Source: Nitrospirota bacterium | Lineage (GTDB): Bacteria > Nitrospirota > UBA9217 | DNA: 64,000 nucleotides | Direction of reading: 5' to 3' | Assembly: GCA_963818475.1 (NCBI GenBank) | Contig: CAWFSF010000005.1 | Location: 640,001-704,000, forward strand | Shown here: in pieces, positions 1 to 10,100 of the stretch | How positions within the stretch are numbered: position 1 is the first letter of the stretch | How the letters are laid out: each line of letters begins with the position of its first letter | Notes under the pieces: generated by a model | Database searches by the model: none | What the model was told of the DNA's origin: nothing | Seen by the model: the letters and a program-made list of their open reading frames with translations, nothing else | Translations under genes and position numbers: made by a program

Positions 1-3000
1 TTTGACACGACGGTTCCATCGACTTTGACCATGACGGTGCCGTTGCTTACTGAATAGTTTAAGAGCGGTGCATTTTGGTTCGTTGCTCCCACTGGGGAGA
101 CGATATATACTGACGGCGCAATTGCGTTATAACCGGCTGTAATTTCCTCATCGGTCAAAGCTCGGTTATAAACAGCGACTTCATCGATGAGACCGTTGAA
201 ATATTGCCCAGCGCTGCCCAGCGTGCCGATCCGAATCTCACCATTATGTGTATCTACCGTGCCAGTGGGACTCGACTGTACAAACTGGCCGTTCATGAAA
301 TATTTAACGGTGCCAGCCCCATCATAGGTAAATGCCACCTGGTTCCATGTATTTAGTGCAGCCACTGATCCTGTGGTCTGAGCAGTATTAAACGGCATCA
401 TTTGCAAATGTAGCCGTCCGGAGGAATTGACATAGAACAGTTCGACGTAGTTGATATTCTGTTCTCCATAAACGAATATCCCGTTATAGCTTTTGTTAAT
501 GAATGGCTTGACCCAGGCCGTAAACGTCCGTGGGCTGTTACCAATAGGCAAGTTTTTTCCTAATGCGCGATACAAATATTTGACTGATCCATCGAACTGC
601 GCGGCAGCAGTGCCATCTCTTTTATCGCCATTACCGTTGCTAAATATTGAGCCAACCACCGTCAGGTTATTGCCGTTGCCGGATGCGTCGAGCCCATCCC
701 CGTCCAGGTGCCAGAACGCGACAAGGCTTCTATTAAGCGTTGCGAACACGGATGTCGTGTTTCCCGCCATGTCTGCAGCCACGGCAGTAACAACATTCGT
801 CCCGAGCGCCAAACCAGTTATGGTGCAGCTCCACGTTGTTGCCGTTGGATAAGAGACCGGACCGGCTAAGGCGGTGGTGTTTACTGACACCGATATGGTC
901 GCACCCGTCTCCATTATGCCTGTTACCATATACGTAGTCGAAATGACTGAATTGATCTGATCTATGCTCACAAAAGGCGCGGTTGTATCGACGGTGAAAC
1001 TCACCTCGGCAAAGCCGGGGTTTCCAGCGGTGTCCGTGGCTTCCACGCGGAGCGTATGCGGGCCGTCGAGCAGCGGATCCAACGTAGCCCCGGACACTTT
1101 TTGGACGACTGCTCCGTCCACCATTACAATAACGCTGCCATCGCTCACCGTGTATGAGAGAAGCGGCGTTTTATTATTAGTTGTCCCCGCGGCAGGAGAC
1201 GTAATGATAACTTCGGGTGCGGCCCTATCCAGTGTAATCGTAGCGGCATATGCGCCCGACCAGTTTCCCGCTGCATCCTTGAACATCACCGAGACGGTCT
1301 TAGTCCCGTCTTCCGCCGAGAGCGTCCAGGTCTTTGTTGTCGCATAGGGCTCTGGAACGGACCATGCTGCGTCCTCATTTCTAAACTGCATCTCGGCGAT
1401 ATTGCTCGCATCCAGTGCTGTCAAGCCGAGGGTCACCGTTGCATTGTTTGTGGCAATCGCTCCATCGTTGATCACAATATTCCCTGATGCGATCTGATAC
1501 GGCGTCGTTTCCCTGGAGATTACGCCATTCCCAAGCTGGCCTGACGCGTTATAGCCCCAAGCCCAGAGCGAACCGTTGGATTTTCGCGCTACGGTGTGGT
1601 ATTGACCGTTCGCAATAGACACCCACACATTTTCAACTCCAATCCGGGTCGGTACATGCTTGTCTGTGGCGGTGCCGTCTCCCAGTTGACCATAACAATT
1701 ATTGCCCCACGCCCAGAGGGATCCGTCTGATTTGAGTGCTGTGGTGTGAAACTGGCCTGCGACAATATGCGTCCACGCGGCATCGGTCCCGATTTGCACC
1801 GGGGCAAGCCTGGTTGTTGTAGTGCCATCGCCCAATTGACCGTTGGCGTTGAGGCCCCACGCCCAGAGCGTGCCATCCGTTTTCAATGCAACTGTATGGG
1901 CCGCGCCGGCGGCGATCACTGACCACGTTGTCTCGCCGCCTATGCGAACAGGGGAAAGTCTCTGAACGTTGGTTCCGTCTCCAAGCCGTCCGCTCGAGTT
2001 GACGCCCCACGCCCAGAGAGACCCGTCTGATTTGAGTGCGATGGTGTGGTAAAGACCAGCTGCAACATGCGTCCATGTTGTATCTGTGCCTATTTGGGCT
2101 GGAGTAGCCCTGTTCGTCGTGGTGCCGTCGCCCAATTGACCGTTGTTGTTCTGCCCCCAGGTCCAGAGTGTCCCGGATTGCAATGCTACGGTATATGCCG
2201 TCCCCGTTGAAACAGCTGACCAGTTGTCGGCAAGCCCTACTTGCATGGGCGAGGTTTTATCAATATTCGTGCCGTCACCCAGCTGTCCATTCGCGTTTTC
2301 ACCCCATGCCCATAGCGTACTGTCCGACTTCAACGCCATTGTGTGTGTGCCCCTTGCCGAGATCACCGCCCAGTTCGCATCGCTCCCGATCTTGACCGGA
2401 ACAGTTCGCTTAGTTCTCGTGCCGTCTCCCAACTGCCCAGAGTCGTTATTTCCCCACGACCACAATGTTCCATCGTTATTTAAAGCTGTGGTATGTGCCC
2501 CCCCTGCTGCGGCCATGGACCAGGAAGTATCAAATCCTATCTGAACAGCAGTAGAGCTATTGGCGCTGGTGGCCTTACCTAACTGCCCGTAGGAATTATC
2601 ACCCCAGACGGATAGGGTGCCGTCGGTTCTTAGGGCGATGGTATGCCAGTTCCCTCCCGAGACCGCAGTCCACGTCATCCCAGTACCTACCTGTACCGGC
2701 GTGCTGCTGTTCGTCGTGGTGCCATTGCCCAGCTGCCCCGCATTATTATACCCCCAGGTCCAGAGGGTGTTGTCTGACTTCAAGGCCGTAGTATAACCAC
2801 TTCCCGCTGCGACGAAGGACCACGTCGTCCCGCTCCCGACCTGCACAGGGAAATATTTGTTTACGTTGCTGCCGTCGCCCAGTTGGCCCGCATTGTTATA
2901 ACCCCATGCCCAGAGGGTGCCATCCGATTTTAGCGCGATACTGTGAGAGCCTCCAGCCGCGATCGAAATCCAGGTGCTGTTGGTCCCGACCTGGACCGGT

Positions 3001-3953
3001 GCATTTATTGCTACTGTCGTGCCGTCGCCCAGTTGCCCGGCATTGTTATACCCCCACGCCCACAGTGTCCCGTCCGATTTGAGGGCCAACGTGTGCTGTC
3101 CGCGTGTCGAGATCGCCGACCAATTGGTGTCACTCCCGATTCTGACCGGAGAATTTCGATCAGTAGTCGTGCCGTCGCCCAGCTGCCCTGCATTGTTATA
3201 CCCCCACGCCCACAGCGTCCCGTCCGTCTTCAAGGCGACTGTGTGTGCGCCTCCTGCCGTAATCGCCGCCCAGTTTGCATCGTTTCCGATCTTGACCGGC
3301 GCGGTCCTCTGCGTTGAGGTGCCGTCTCCCAAGCGACCGTTTGCGTTCCCCCCCCACGCCCATAAAGTCCCATCGGATTTCAACGCGATTGTATGTGCGC
3401 CCCCTGGCGAGATTGCCGTCCAATTCATATCGTTCCCGACCTGCACAGGGAAATATTTGTTTACAATGCTGCCATCGCCCAGTTGACCGTTACCATTGCT
3501 TCCCCAAGCCCACAACGACCCATCGGACTTTATAGCCGTGGTATGATACGCGCCGGCGACTATCTTTATATAAACGTTCTCTGTCGGCGGCGTGGCATCA
3601 ACAGTAAACGTGACTTCTGCGAAACCGGTTTCTAAAGATGCATTCGTAGCCTCCACATGGACGGTATGTGGGCCGTCGGGCAGCGCATCAAGATTGTCTC
3701 CTGAGACCTTTGATACAACGGCGCCACCAACTCTGACAATTGCTGTACCGTCACTGACACTGTAAGAGAGCAACGGAGTATTATTGTTCCCGAGGGTTGC
3801 TGTCGGTGAAGTAATTAAAACAGACGGCGGGCTGGCGAATACGTTTGTGGTAAAAACCGGCAGGAGCATCAGGAGAGTGGTCAATATTACCATCACAATT
3901 GACTTCCGCGTGGGACGCGTTACAAAGTCATTTCGCATTCTGAGATCCGTCAT
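1..3953 (-). CDS. Large secreted RCC1-repeat / Ig-like / LamG protein (3' end runs off window)
   Basis: Not in the ORF track because it has no stop in the window. Manual translation from ATG 3953 (GGAGGA upstream) gives a signal-peptide-like stretch (IVMVILTTLLMLLPVFTTNVFA), an Ig-like module (DGPHTVHVEA) and 14 RCC1 repeats (e.g. HTTAIKSDGSLWAWGSNGNGQLGDG) at ~150-nt period. Further Ig-like modules and a LamG-like domain (WNQVAFTY...FNGLIDEVAVYNRAL) follow. Frame is consistent at 3951, 1551 and 3. Confidence 0.9.
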   Translation of the reverse strand, partial: MTDLRMRNDFVTRPTRKSIVMVILTTLLMLLPVFTTNVFASPPSVLITSPTATLGNNNTPLLSYSVSDGTAIVRVGGAVVSKVSGDNLDALPDGPHTVHVEATNASLETGFAEVTFTVDATPPTENVYIKIVAGAYHTTAIKSDGSLWAWGSNGNGQLGDGSIVNKYFPVQVGNDMNWTAISPGGAHTIALKSDGTLWAWGGNANGRLGDGTSTQRTAPVKIGNDANWAAITAGGAHTVALKTDGTLWAWGYNNAGQLGDGTTTDRNSPVRIGSDTNWSAISTRGQHTLALKSDGTLWAWGYNNAGQLGDGTTVAINAPVQVGTNSTWISIAAGGSHSIALKSDGTLWAWGYNNAGQLGDGSNVNKYFPVQVGSGTTWSFVAAGSGYTTALKSDNTLWTWGYNNAGQLGNGTTTNSSTPVQVGTGMTWTAVSGGNWHTIALRTDGTLSVWGDNSYGQLGKATSANSSTAVQIGFDTSWSMAAAGGAHTTALNNDGTLWSWGNNDSGQLGDGTRTKRTVPVKIGSDANWAVISARGTHTMALKSDSTLWAWGENANGQLGDGTNIDKTSPMQVGLADNWSAVSTGTAYTVALQSGTLWTWGQNNNGQLGDGTTTNRATPAQIGTDTTWTHVAAGLYHTIALKSDGSLWAWGVNSSGRLGDGTNVQRLSPVRIGGETTWSVIAAGAAHTVALKTDGTLWAWGLNANGQLGDGTTTTRLAPVQIGTDAAWTHIVAGQFHTTALKSDGSLWAWGNNCYGQLGDGTATDKHVPTRIGVENVWVSIANGQYHTVARKSNGSLWAWGYNASGQLGNGVISRETTPYQIASGNIVINDGAIATNNATVTLGLTALDASNIAEMQFRNEDAAWSVPEPYATTKTWTLSAEDGTKTVSVMFKDAAGNWSGAYAATITLDRAAPEVIITSPAAGTTNNKTPLLSYTVSDGSVIVMVDGAVVQKVSGATLDPLLDGPHTLRVEATDTAGNPGFAEVSFTVDTTAPFVSIDQINSVISTTYMVTGIMETGATISVSVNTTALAGPVSYPTATTWSCTITGLALGTNVVTAVAADMAGNTTSVFATLNRSLVAFWHLDGDGLDASGNGNNLTVVGSIFSNGNGDKRDGTAAAQFDGSVKYLYRALGKNLPIGNSPRTFTAWVKPFINKSYNGIFVYGEQNINYVELFYVNSSGRLHLQMMPFNTAQTTGSVAALNTWNQVAFTYDGAGTVKYFMNGQFVQSSPTGTVDTHNGEIRIGTLGSAGQYFNGLIDEVAVYNRALTDEEITAGYNAIAPSVYIVSPVGATNQNAPLLNYSVSNGTVMVKVDGTVVS

Positions 3954-4055
3954 GAAGTCCTCCGGGATATAAAAGCATATTCATTGAACTATTTATTTAG
4001 ATCTTTTACAGTGCGTACAATAAAGCGGAGGCAGTGGAATAATGGGCTTGTAACG

Positions 4056-4296
4056 CTGTGCCAGGGAGGCACGGTAGGGCGGATATGCAGGAATTCTGAA
4101 TTACGATAGAACTACTTTGATCCCGAATGGTCAGATGGACCGATGCCTTTTCTAGACGATGCGGATAATAATATAACTGCATCTTTCTGTCAATAACAAT
4201 AGTCCATTTACTCGGGGTAATTTCAGGGGATGTGTCAAAGTTGCAACAGATGAGGACTCTAGTGCACAGGAAGGTTACTTAGTGCAACAAGCTGCT
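4056..4296 (-). promoter_or_regulatory. Conserved upstream module, copy A (paralogous to 28371-28616)
   Basis: Collinear shared blocks: CTGTGCC, GGCGGATATGCAG, CCCGAATG, AATATAACTGnATCTTTCTGTCAA, TCGGGGTAATTTCAGGGGATGT, TGCAACA, TACTTAGTG. The minus strand contains TTGACA-N17-TATTAT. Confidence 0.8.
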
Positions 4297-4658
4297 CACT
4301 TCTTCGGCAGGTAGGAAATAACAGGTGATAATAACAGGGCTAAGGGTGATCGAAAAAATGACTAAAAACCGCCTATTGTTACAAGCCAACGATTCCAGAC
4401 CTCTACGTTCCTGCTTTATACTTCCTTACGGCCATTTGCAACGCTTTGCCCGCATCCCGCTTCAGCCAGAAAACACAAAAGACCGATGCAGCAACCACCA
4501 CAGCAAGACCCTTTTCGCCCCGCTGGATCATCGCGGGACGTCCCACGGCGACGTAGTTGCACCCGTTGCGTGGCGGTTTAGTAGCATCATCATGCCACCG
4601 TCTCCGATCTGATGAGCGCCCGTGTGACGATCGAAGTACACGCCAAGGTTCCGGGCGG

Positions 4659-6113
4659 TCACTGCCTGCTCTTGAAACTCGCCTTCTTCACCGCCATCTC
4701 AACAATGGGGATGGTCGGCACGTGCTTCAGGCCGTAGGTCTTTTCCAGGCTGATGTCCGCAGGCACTTCCTCGAGCAGTTTCATGGCAACCTTCTGATCG
4801 GCCTGGCGGTACCGGAGCTTCACCTCGACCGCCACCATGCCCGGTTTCTTCGTGGGCCCGACACCGAAGTAAAAGTCCTTGTACCCGCGCGGCGGGATCG
4901 TATCGTGGCGCGAGAAGGCGGTCACGGCCCAGGGGTCGATGGCAAAGTGAAGGTCCTTGCCCATGCCCTCGGAGTTCATGACCCGCGTATCGGGAATGAG
5001 GATGCCCGGATTCTGAAGCCCGCCGCTGGCGAGCACCACGCTCCCTGCGGCGTCTTTCGCGATAACTTCGAGCCACATCTCGCGCACATTCGTGAGCGAG
5101 GTCGTCAGATTATGGCCGGCGCGGACGTTCTTGACCCGCACCTTGATCTCCGCGAGCGCGCCTTTTCGGTAGACGGGATAGACCTCGAGCTCGGCCGCTG
5201 CCCTGAGTCGTGCAATGGCGGCATCGAACTTCTTATGGATGTTCACGGCAAGCGGTTCGTCCCCTGCCTTGCGCGCCGCCGCCTCGGCAAGATAGAGCAG
5301 GAGATAGTTGGCGCCGCTGAAGCTGTGGCGGTACTCGGAGCGCTGCGGTCTGGTGAAGGTGTCGGCCGTGCGGATGAAGGTCGCCGTATCGACCATGTGA
5401 CAGTCCTGGCACTGGATCCCCTGCTGGGCGTAGGGGCCGTGCTTCCATTCCAGGTAGGTCGATTCAAGCGGGAAATGGTTGTCGTAATGGTACACCTGGT
5501 GGCATCCGGCGCAGAGGTCCGCCTGCAGATGAAGCGGAGACTCGACGCAGTCGTGGAATCCGCCGCCGCATCCTTCCTCCGGTTTGTTCGGCCCCCGCTT
5601 GATAAGCTTCGCACCCACGCCGGGAGTGAGGATGAAGGAGCCGTTCTCAGGCTCGTGCGTCGGCGTCTGCCAGTGGGTCACCCCGCTGATGGAGTGGCAG
5701 ATGTCGCAGGAGACGCCGGCCAGTGCCAGGGGGCTCAGGCCCGCAAGGCCCGGCCCTTTGATCTCGCCGGTGACCACGCCCGCAGGCGAATGGCAGCCCT
5801 CGCACTGGCGCGTGACCTCATGCCCCACGGCATGAAAGCCCTTGTTCAGCTCTCCCTGGTAGAGGGGGTCCTGGAAGGCCAGGGCATGGACCGATCCTGT
5901 CCATTCTTCGTACTGCTGCGGATGGCATCCCGCGCATACCTCGGGAGCGGTAAAGCCCGCATTCGACTTGTTCCATTTAATAAGCGACGGATAGTAGGGA
6001 TAGAACTCGCGGTCCACAGGGAAATAATCCGTTCCGGCAAAGCCGGGCGCTGCGAGGAACATACCGGCAGCCAGTACACAAAAGCATAGAGCGATAATGC
6101 CATACTGCTTCAT
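4659..6113 (-). CDS. Periplasmic pentaheme cytochrome c (cytochrome c554/c552-like family)
   Basis: Signal peptide; five CxxCH motifs (CAGCH, CEGCH, CDICH, CAGCH, CQDCH); NVRAGHNLTTS...WLEV segment typical of this family's C-terminal region. Confidence 0.9.
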   Translation of the reverse strand: MKQYGIIALCFCVLAAGMFLAAPGFAGTDYFPVDREFYPYYPSLIKWNKSNAGFTAPEVCAGCHPQQYEEWTGSVHALAFQDPLYQGELNKGFHAVGHEVTRQCEGCHSPAGVVTGEIKGPGLAGLSPLALAGVSCDICHSISGVTHWQTPTHEPENGSFILTPGVGAKLIKRGPNKPEEGCGGGFHDCVESPLHLQADLCAGCHQVYHYDNHFPLESTYLEWKHGPYAQQGIQCQDCHMVDTATFIRTADTFTRPQRSEYRHSFSGANYLLLYLAEAAARKAGDEPLAVNIHKKFDAAIARLRAAAELEVYPVYRKGALAEIKVRVKNVRAGHNLTTSLTNVREMWLEVIAKDAAGSVVLASGGLQNPGILIPDTRVMNSEGMGKDLHFAIDPWAVTAFSRHDTIPPRGYKDFYFGVGPTKKPGMVAVEVKLRYRQADQKVAMKLLEEVPADISLEKTYGLKHVPTIPIVEMAVKKASFKSRQ

Positions 6114-6190
6114 ATTGATCTCCTTTATTCCATACTCTGTCTCTGAGCGTCCGGATCAGCAGGCCGCTCCGGGAAGATGCCCGGAGCATA

Positions 6191-6523
6191 CTAGGCCTTC
6201 TGCTTTATTTCCATTCTCAGGAAATAGCTCAACACGGTCCGGACGGCAACGGTCGAGGCCAGGATGCCGACGCGGTCCCAGGTCGGACTGGCCACGGAAC
6301 TGATAATGTCTGCGGCAATAAAGATCTCGAGCCCCAGGAGGAGATGAGCGCCGAGCCGCTGGCGGATTTCCTCGCTCCGGCCGATCGGGTCTTTCGCACC
6401 CCGCGATACTTTCATGACCAGGAAGGCGGCTGCTGCGTCGACGACGCCCCAGAGCACGATGATCGCGCCGGTGATGCTGATGGCCATGATCACGACCTGC
6501 AGAACGCCATGAAGATTCTCCAT
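6191..6523 (-). CDS. DUF1622 family membrane protein
   Basis: 110 aa, hydrophobic, with signature R.RLG..LLLGLEIFIAADII and VRTVLSYFL..E. Confidence 0.85.
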   Translation of the reverse strand: MENLHGVLQVVIMAISITGAIIVLWGVVDAAAAFLVMKVSRGAKDPIGRSEEIRQRLGAHLLLGLEIFIAADIISSVASPTWDRVGILASTVAVRTVLSYFLRMEIKQKA

Positions 6524-6675
6524 GAGCAGCCCCTTTCTCGCGCGGCAAAGCCAACCCCGACTCCGGAAGCGCTCTTGCCTTGCATAATCTTATGCTATGA
6601 GTATATCAGAATGCGGTAAAAATCAAAAACCTCTTTTCTTTTTTAAGAGGGCATTGACAGGCGCAGTACCGCTCA

Positions 6676-6704
6676 TTGTGCGCAGCTCCCACCTGTGCTA
6701 TACT
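6676..6704 (+). promoter_or_regulatory. Sigma70-type promoter (TTGTGC-N17-TATACT, extended -10)
   Basis: Same architecture as 13318-13346; ATG follows 9 nt after the -10 box. Confidence 0.65.
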
Positions 6705-6943
6705 GGATTCACTATGAATAGACCGAACCTCGCCGGACTGCCGACTGTCGTGGCAGAAAAGATCGCTCCCATGCTGGATGACCTCCTGGGGCACCAGGCA
6801 GCAGGCATCCACTCGATCCATATCGTCGGCAGCGCCGTGATCTCCGACTACAACGAAAAGCTTTCGGACATCAACTCCGTGGCTTCTATCCCGCGTACAA
6901 GGCCTCGCTCCTGAACCCCATTGATGCGCTGCGGTATGAGTAA
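6689..6943 (+). pseudogene. Chimeric remnant: 5' end of the nucleotidyltransferase-like gene fused to the 3' end of the ABC permease gene
   Basis: 6689-6882 matches 13331-13524 (2 differences) and 6881-6943 matches 25662-25724 (4 differences). They are joined at a shared GG, out of frame. Confidence 0.93.
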
Positions 6944-6982
6944 CGTTTACACTTGTGTGCTAACCTGCTGCCGGGCATCAAT

Positions 6983-7019
6983 AAAAAAGCGGAGCACCCT
7001 CTAAGGGCACTCCGCTTTT
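6983..7019 (-). terminator. Intrinsic terminator, paralogue of 25742-25776
   Basis: Minus strand reads AAGCGGAGTGCCC-ttaga-GGGTGCTCCGCTTTTTT; the stem closes with G-U pairs only on the minus strand. Confidence 0.8.
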
Positions 7020-7142
7020 CTGTTTTTTCCTACTGGAATCGCTCCCGCTTAATACTGCAGCTCTTGCCCTCAACACAACTGCTTTAGCGGGCCTCCGGTT
7101 GTTGAACCGCGTTAGAAGAAACCAGTCAAACGCATGCCAGTA

Positions 7143-10100
7143 TCAGGGTGTGACAACGTCCGTCAACCACCGGGCGGCCTCGAATGATGCCTCACTCCCC
7201 ACGTTTCGCACGTAGACCCGGATGCTGTAAGTCCCGGCGTTCGTTGGAGTATAGGGGAAGGTGTTCGACGGCCCGTAAGGCTGGATCACGGTCATCACTC
7301 CGCTTACCGGGTCCTTCACGGCAAACTGGTACTCCTTGCTCTCTCCACCATCCGTTGCGGTAGCCGTGAAGGTCACCGGCGTGTTTACCAGCCGTGGGCT
7401 AAGAGGGCTGGCGGATAGAGTCGCTCTCGTAACAGGAGCGCTCGCAAGAACATTGTCGGTTAACCACTGTACCGCCTCGTATACTGCGGCGCTCCCTTCG
7501 TTCCGCACGTAAACCCGGATGCTGTAGGTACCAGCGTCCGTCGGGGTATAGGGGAATGTGTTCGAAGGCCCGTAGGGCTGGAGCACGGTCATCACTCCGC
7601 TTGCCGGGTCCTTCACGGCAAACTGGTACTCCTTACTCGTGCCACCGCCGGTCGCCGTTGCTGTGAACGTCACCGGCGTGTTCACCAACCGCGGGCCTGC
7701 AGGGCTCGCGGCCAGGGTCACGCTTGTGACCGGAGAGCTCGTAACAACATTGTCGGTGAACCACTGTACCGCCTCGTATGACGCCGGGCTCCCCACGTTC
7801 CGCGCATAGACCCGGATGGTGTACATCCCCGCAGCCGTCGGGGTATAGGGGAAGGTGTTCGACGGCCCGTAAGGCTGGATCACGGTCATCACTCCGCTTA
7901 CCGGGTCCTTCACCGCGAACTGGTACTCCTTGCTCTCTCCACCACCGGTGGCCGTAGCTGTGAAGGTCGCCGGCGTGTTCACCAGCCGCGGGCCTGCAGG
8001 GCTCGCGGCCAGGGTCACGGTTGTGACCGGAGAGCTCGTAACAGCACTATCGGTGAACCACCGCGCCGCCTCATATGAGACCGGGCTCCCTACGTTCCGA
8101 ACGTAAACACGGATGGTATACGTCCCCGCAGCCGTCGGGGTATAGGGGAAGGTGTTCGAAGGCCCATACTGCTGGAGCACGGTCATCACTCCGCTTACCG
8201 GGTCCTTCACGGCAAACTGGTACTCCTTGCTCGTTTCACCGCCGGTCGCCGTTGCTGTGAACGTCACCGGCGTGTTCACCAGCCGCGGGCTCGCGGGACT
8301 GGCCGTGAGCGTTACCGATGAGACAGGGACCAAAGTCGTAACGTTGAAAACAGCTGAGACGCTGCCGATTGTGAGGGACGCCGTGGTCGTGGTCGAGTAA
8401 TTTTGAGACGATGTCTGACGGACTCGCACGCTGTACCCATTGTTCACGGTCCCCGTAGCACTGGTCCATATTCCGCTGCCATTGACCTCGTACTCGCCGC
8501 CGGCAATCGAGATCGCGACAGCGCTGTTGATGCCGGTCACGGTTATGGTATTCGACATGACCTGCGTGTTCACTGCGATGCTGGTTTGAGCGATAAAGCT
8601 GAAGGAATCCGGCATTGTATCGTATGCAACAATCTTTCGGATACGGCTGTTACTCATGTCGGCAATATAAACATTTCCTGTACTGTCAAAAGCAACACCA
8701 GAAGGATTGTTGATGTTTGCCGCAGTGGCAGGGCCGTAGTCACCTGCAAAACCGAAGGTTCCGCTTCCTGCTATCGTAGTGATTAATCCGGTTATTGCAT
8801 CTACCTTCCGGATACGGTGATTATAAGTATCAGCAATATATATATCCCCGCTGATAGTTACGCTCACCCCAAACGGCATATAAATTGCGGCGGACGTGGC
8901 AGCAACATTGTCACCGGAATATCCGGATGCTCCATTTCCCGCCACAGTCGTTATCACTCCTGTCGTTGCATCTACCTTCCTGATACGGTTATCATTTGTG
9001 TCCGCAATATAAATATTCCCTGAACCATCTACCGCTAGTCCACGCGGACTAGCAAGGCCTGTTGACGTAGCAGAGCCATTATCTCCAAAATAACCGTAAG
9101 CTCCACTACCAGCTACTGCAGTGATCACACCTGTTGTTACGTTTACTTTTCGAATACGGTAGTTATTGGTGTCCGCGATATAGATATTGCCTGCACTATC
9201 AAGGGCAATTCCTCGGGGAGCGCTGAGCCACGCTGACGTAGCCGGCAAATTGTTTCCGTAATATCCGGACGATCCAGTTCCCGCCACGGTCGTGATCACT
9301 CCTGTTGTAGCATCGACCTTCCGAACACGATTGTTATTTGTGTCCGCAATATAAATATTTCCGTGACTGTCGACCGCTACGCCAGCATACTCGCCGTCAG
9401 TGATCGTTACAGGTGCAGCGGCCTCCAGGCCGGACACCGTAATGCTATTCGAGGTAATCAATGTATCGACTGTCACGTTCGTCTGGCCCGCAAAGGCGAA
9501 TGGATCGGGTATGGTATCAGGCACGAGGGTGGTGACGCTGAAGGTGTCGGACACGCCTCCGATGGTAAGTGTCGTATCGGTCCTTGTACCGCCAACGGGA
9601 GACGAGACCTGGCGCACACGAAGCACATCGTTATACACAACCGTCCCGCTCGCGCTCGACCAGACTCCACTCCCGTTGACCTCATACTCTCCATTGGTGA
9701 TGGCAACTGACGTCGGCATGCTAATGCCGGTTACAATAATGCTGTTTGAGGTGATCAGTGTGCTCAACATCACGTTCGTCTGGTCGATAAAGACGAACTG
9801 GTCATCTGGCACGAAGGTCGTGATACTGAAGGTGTCGGACACTCCTCCTATGGTGACGGCCGTGTCAGTCCTCGTCCCATCGAGCGGCGAAGAGACCTGG
9901 CGCACACGAACCGTGTCGTTATTCGCAACAGTCCCGCTCGCGCTCGACCACATGCCGTTTCCGTTTATCTCATATTCCCCGCCAGATATATATATCGTGG
10001 CCGGCGCTTCGATGCCGACGACGATGATGCTGTTCGAGGTAACAAGTGTACTCGTAGTAACGCCTACCTGATCAACGAAGGAGAACGGATAGGGGGTAGT

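Noticed and set aside
4078-4090. RfaH ops element (GGCGGATATG)
   Set aside because: Deviates from GGCGGTAGnnTG and lies on the template strand for these minus-strand genes.
4403-4531. 42-aa minus-strand ORF MIQRGEKGLAVVVAASVFCVFWLKR...
   Set aside because: Short hydrophobic stretch only; no clear RBS or recognisable family.
4557-6089. Long antisense ORFs (also 29142-30914, 39470-40885, 48185-49468)
   Set aside because: Shadows of GC-rich genes on the opposite strand; no motifs.
4659-6113. Selenocysteine-containing (ExtKL-type) cytochrome
   Set aside because: The ORF has no internal TGA, and no coding-like continuation was seen after its stop.
7146-8322. Diversity-generating retroelement (TR/VR pair)
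   Set aside because: The repeats are in-frame tandem domains, differences are not adenine-specific, and no reverse transcriptase is present.
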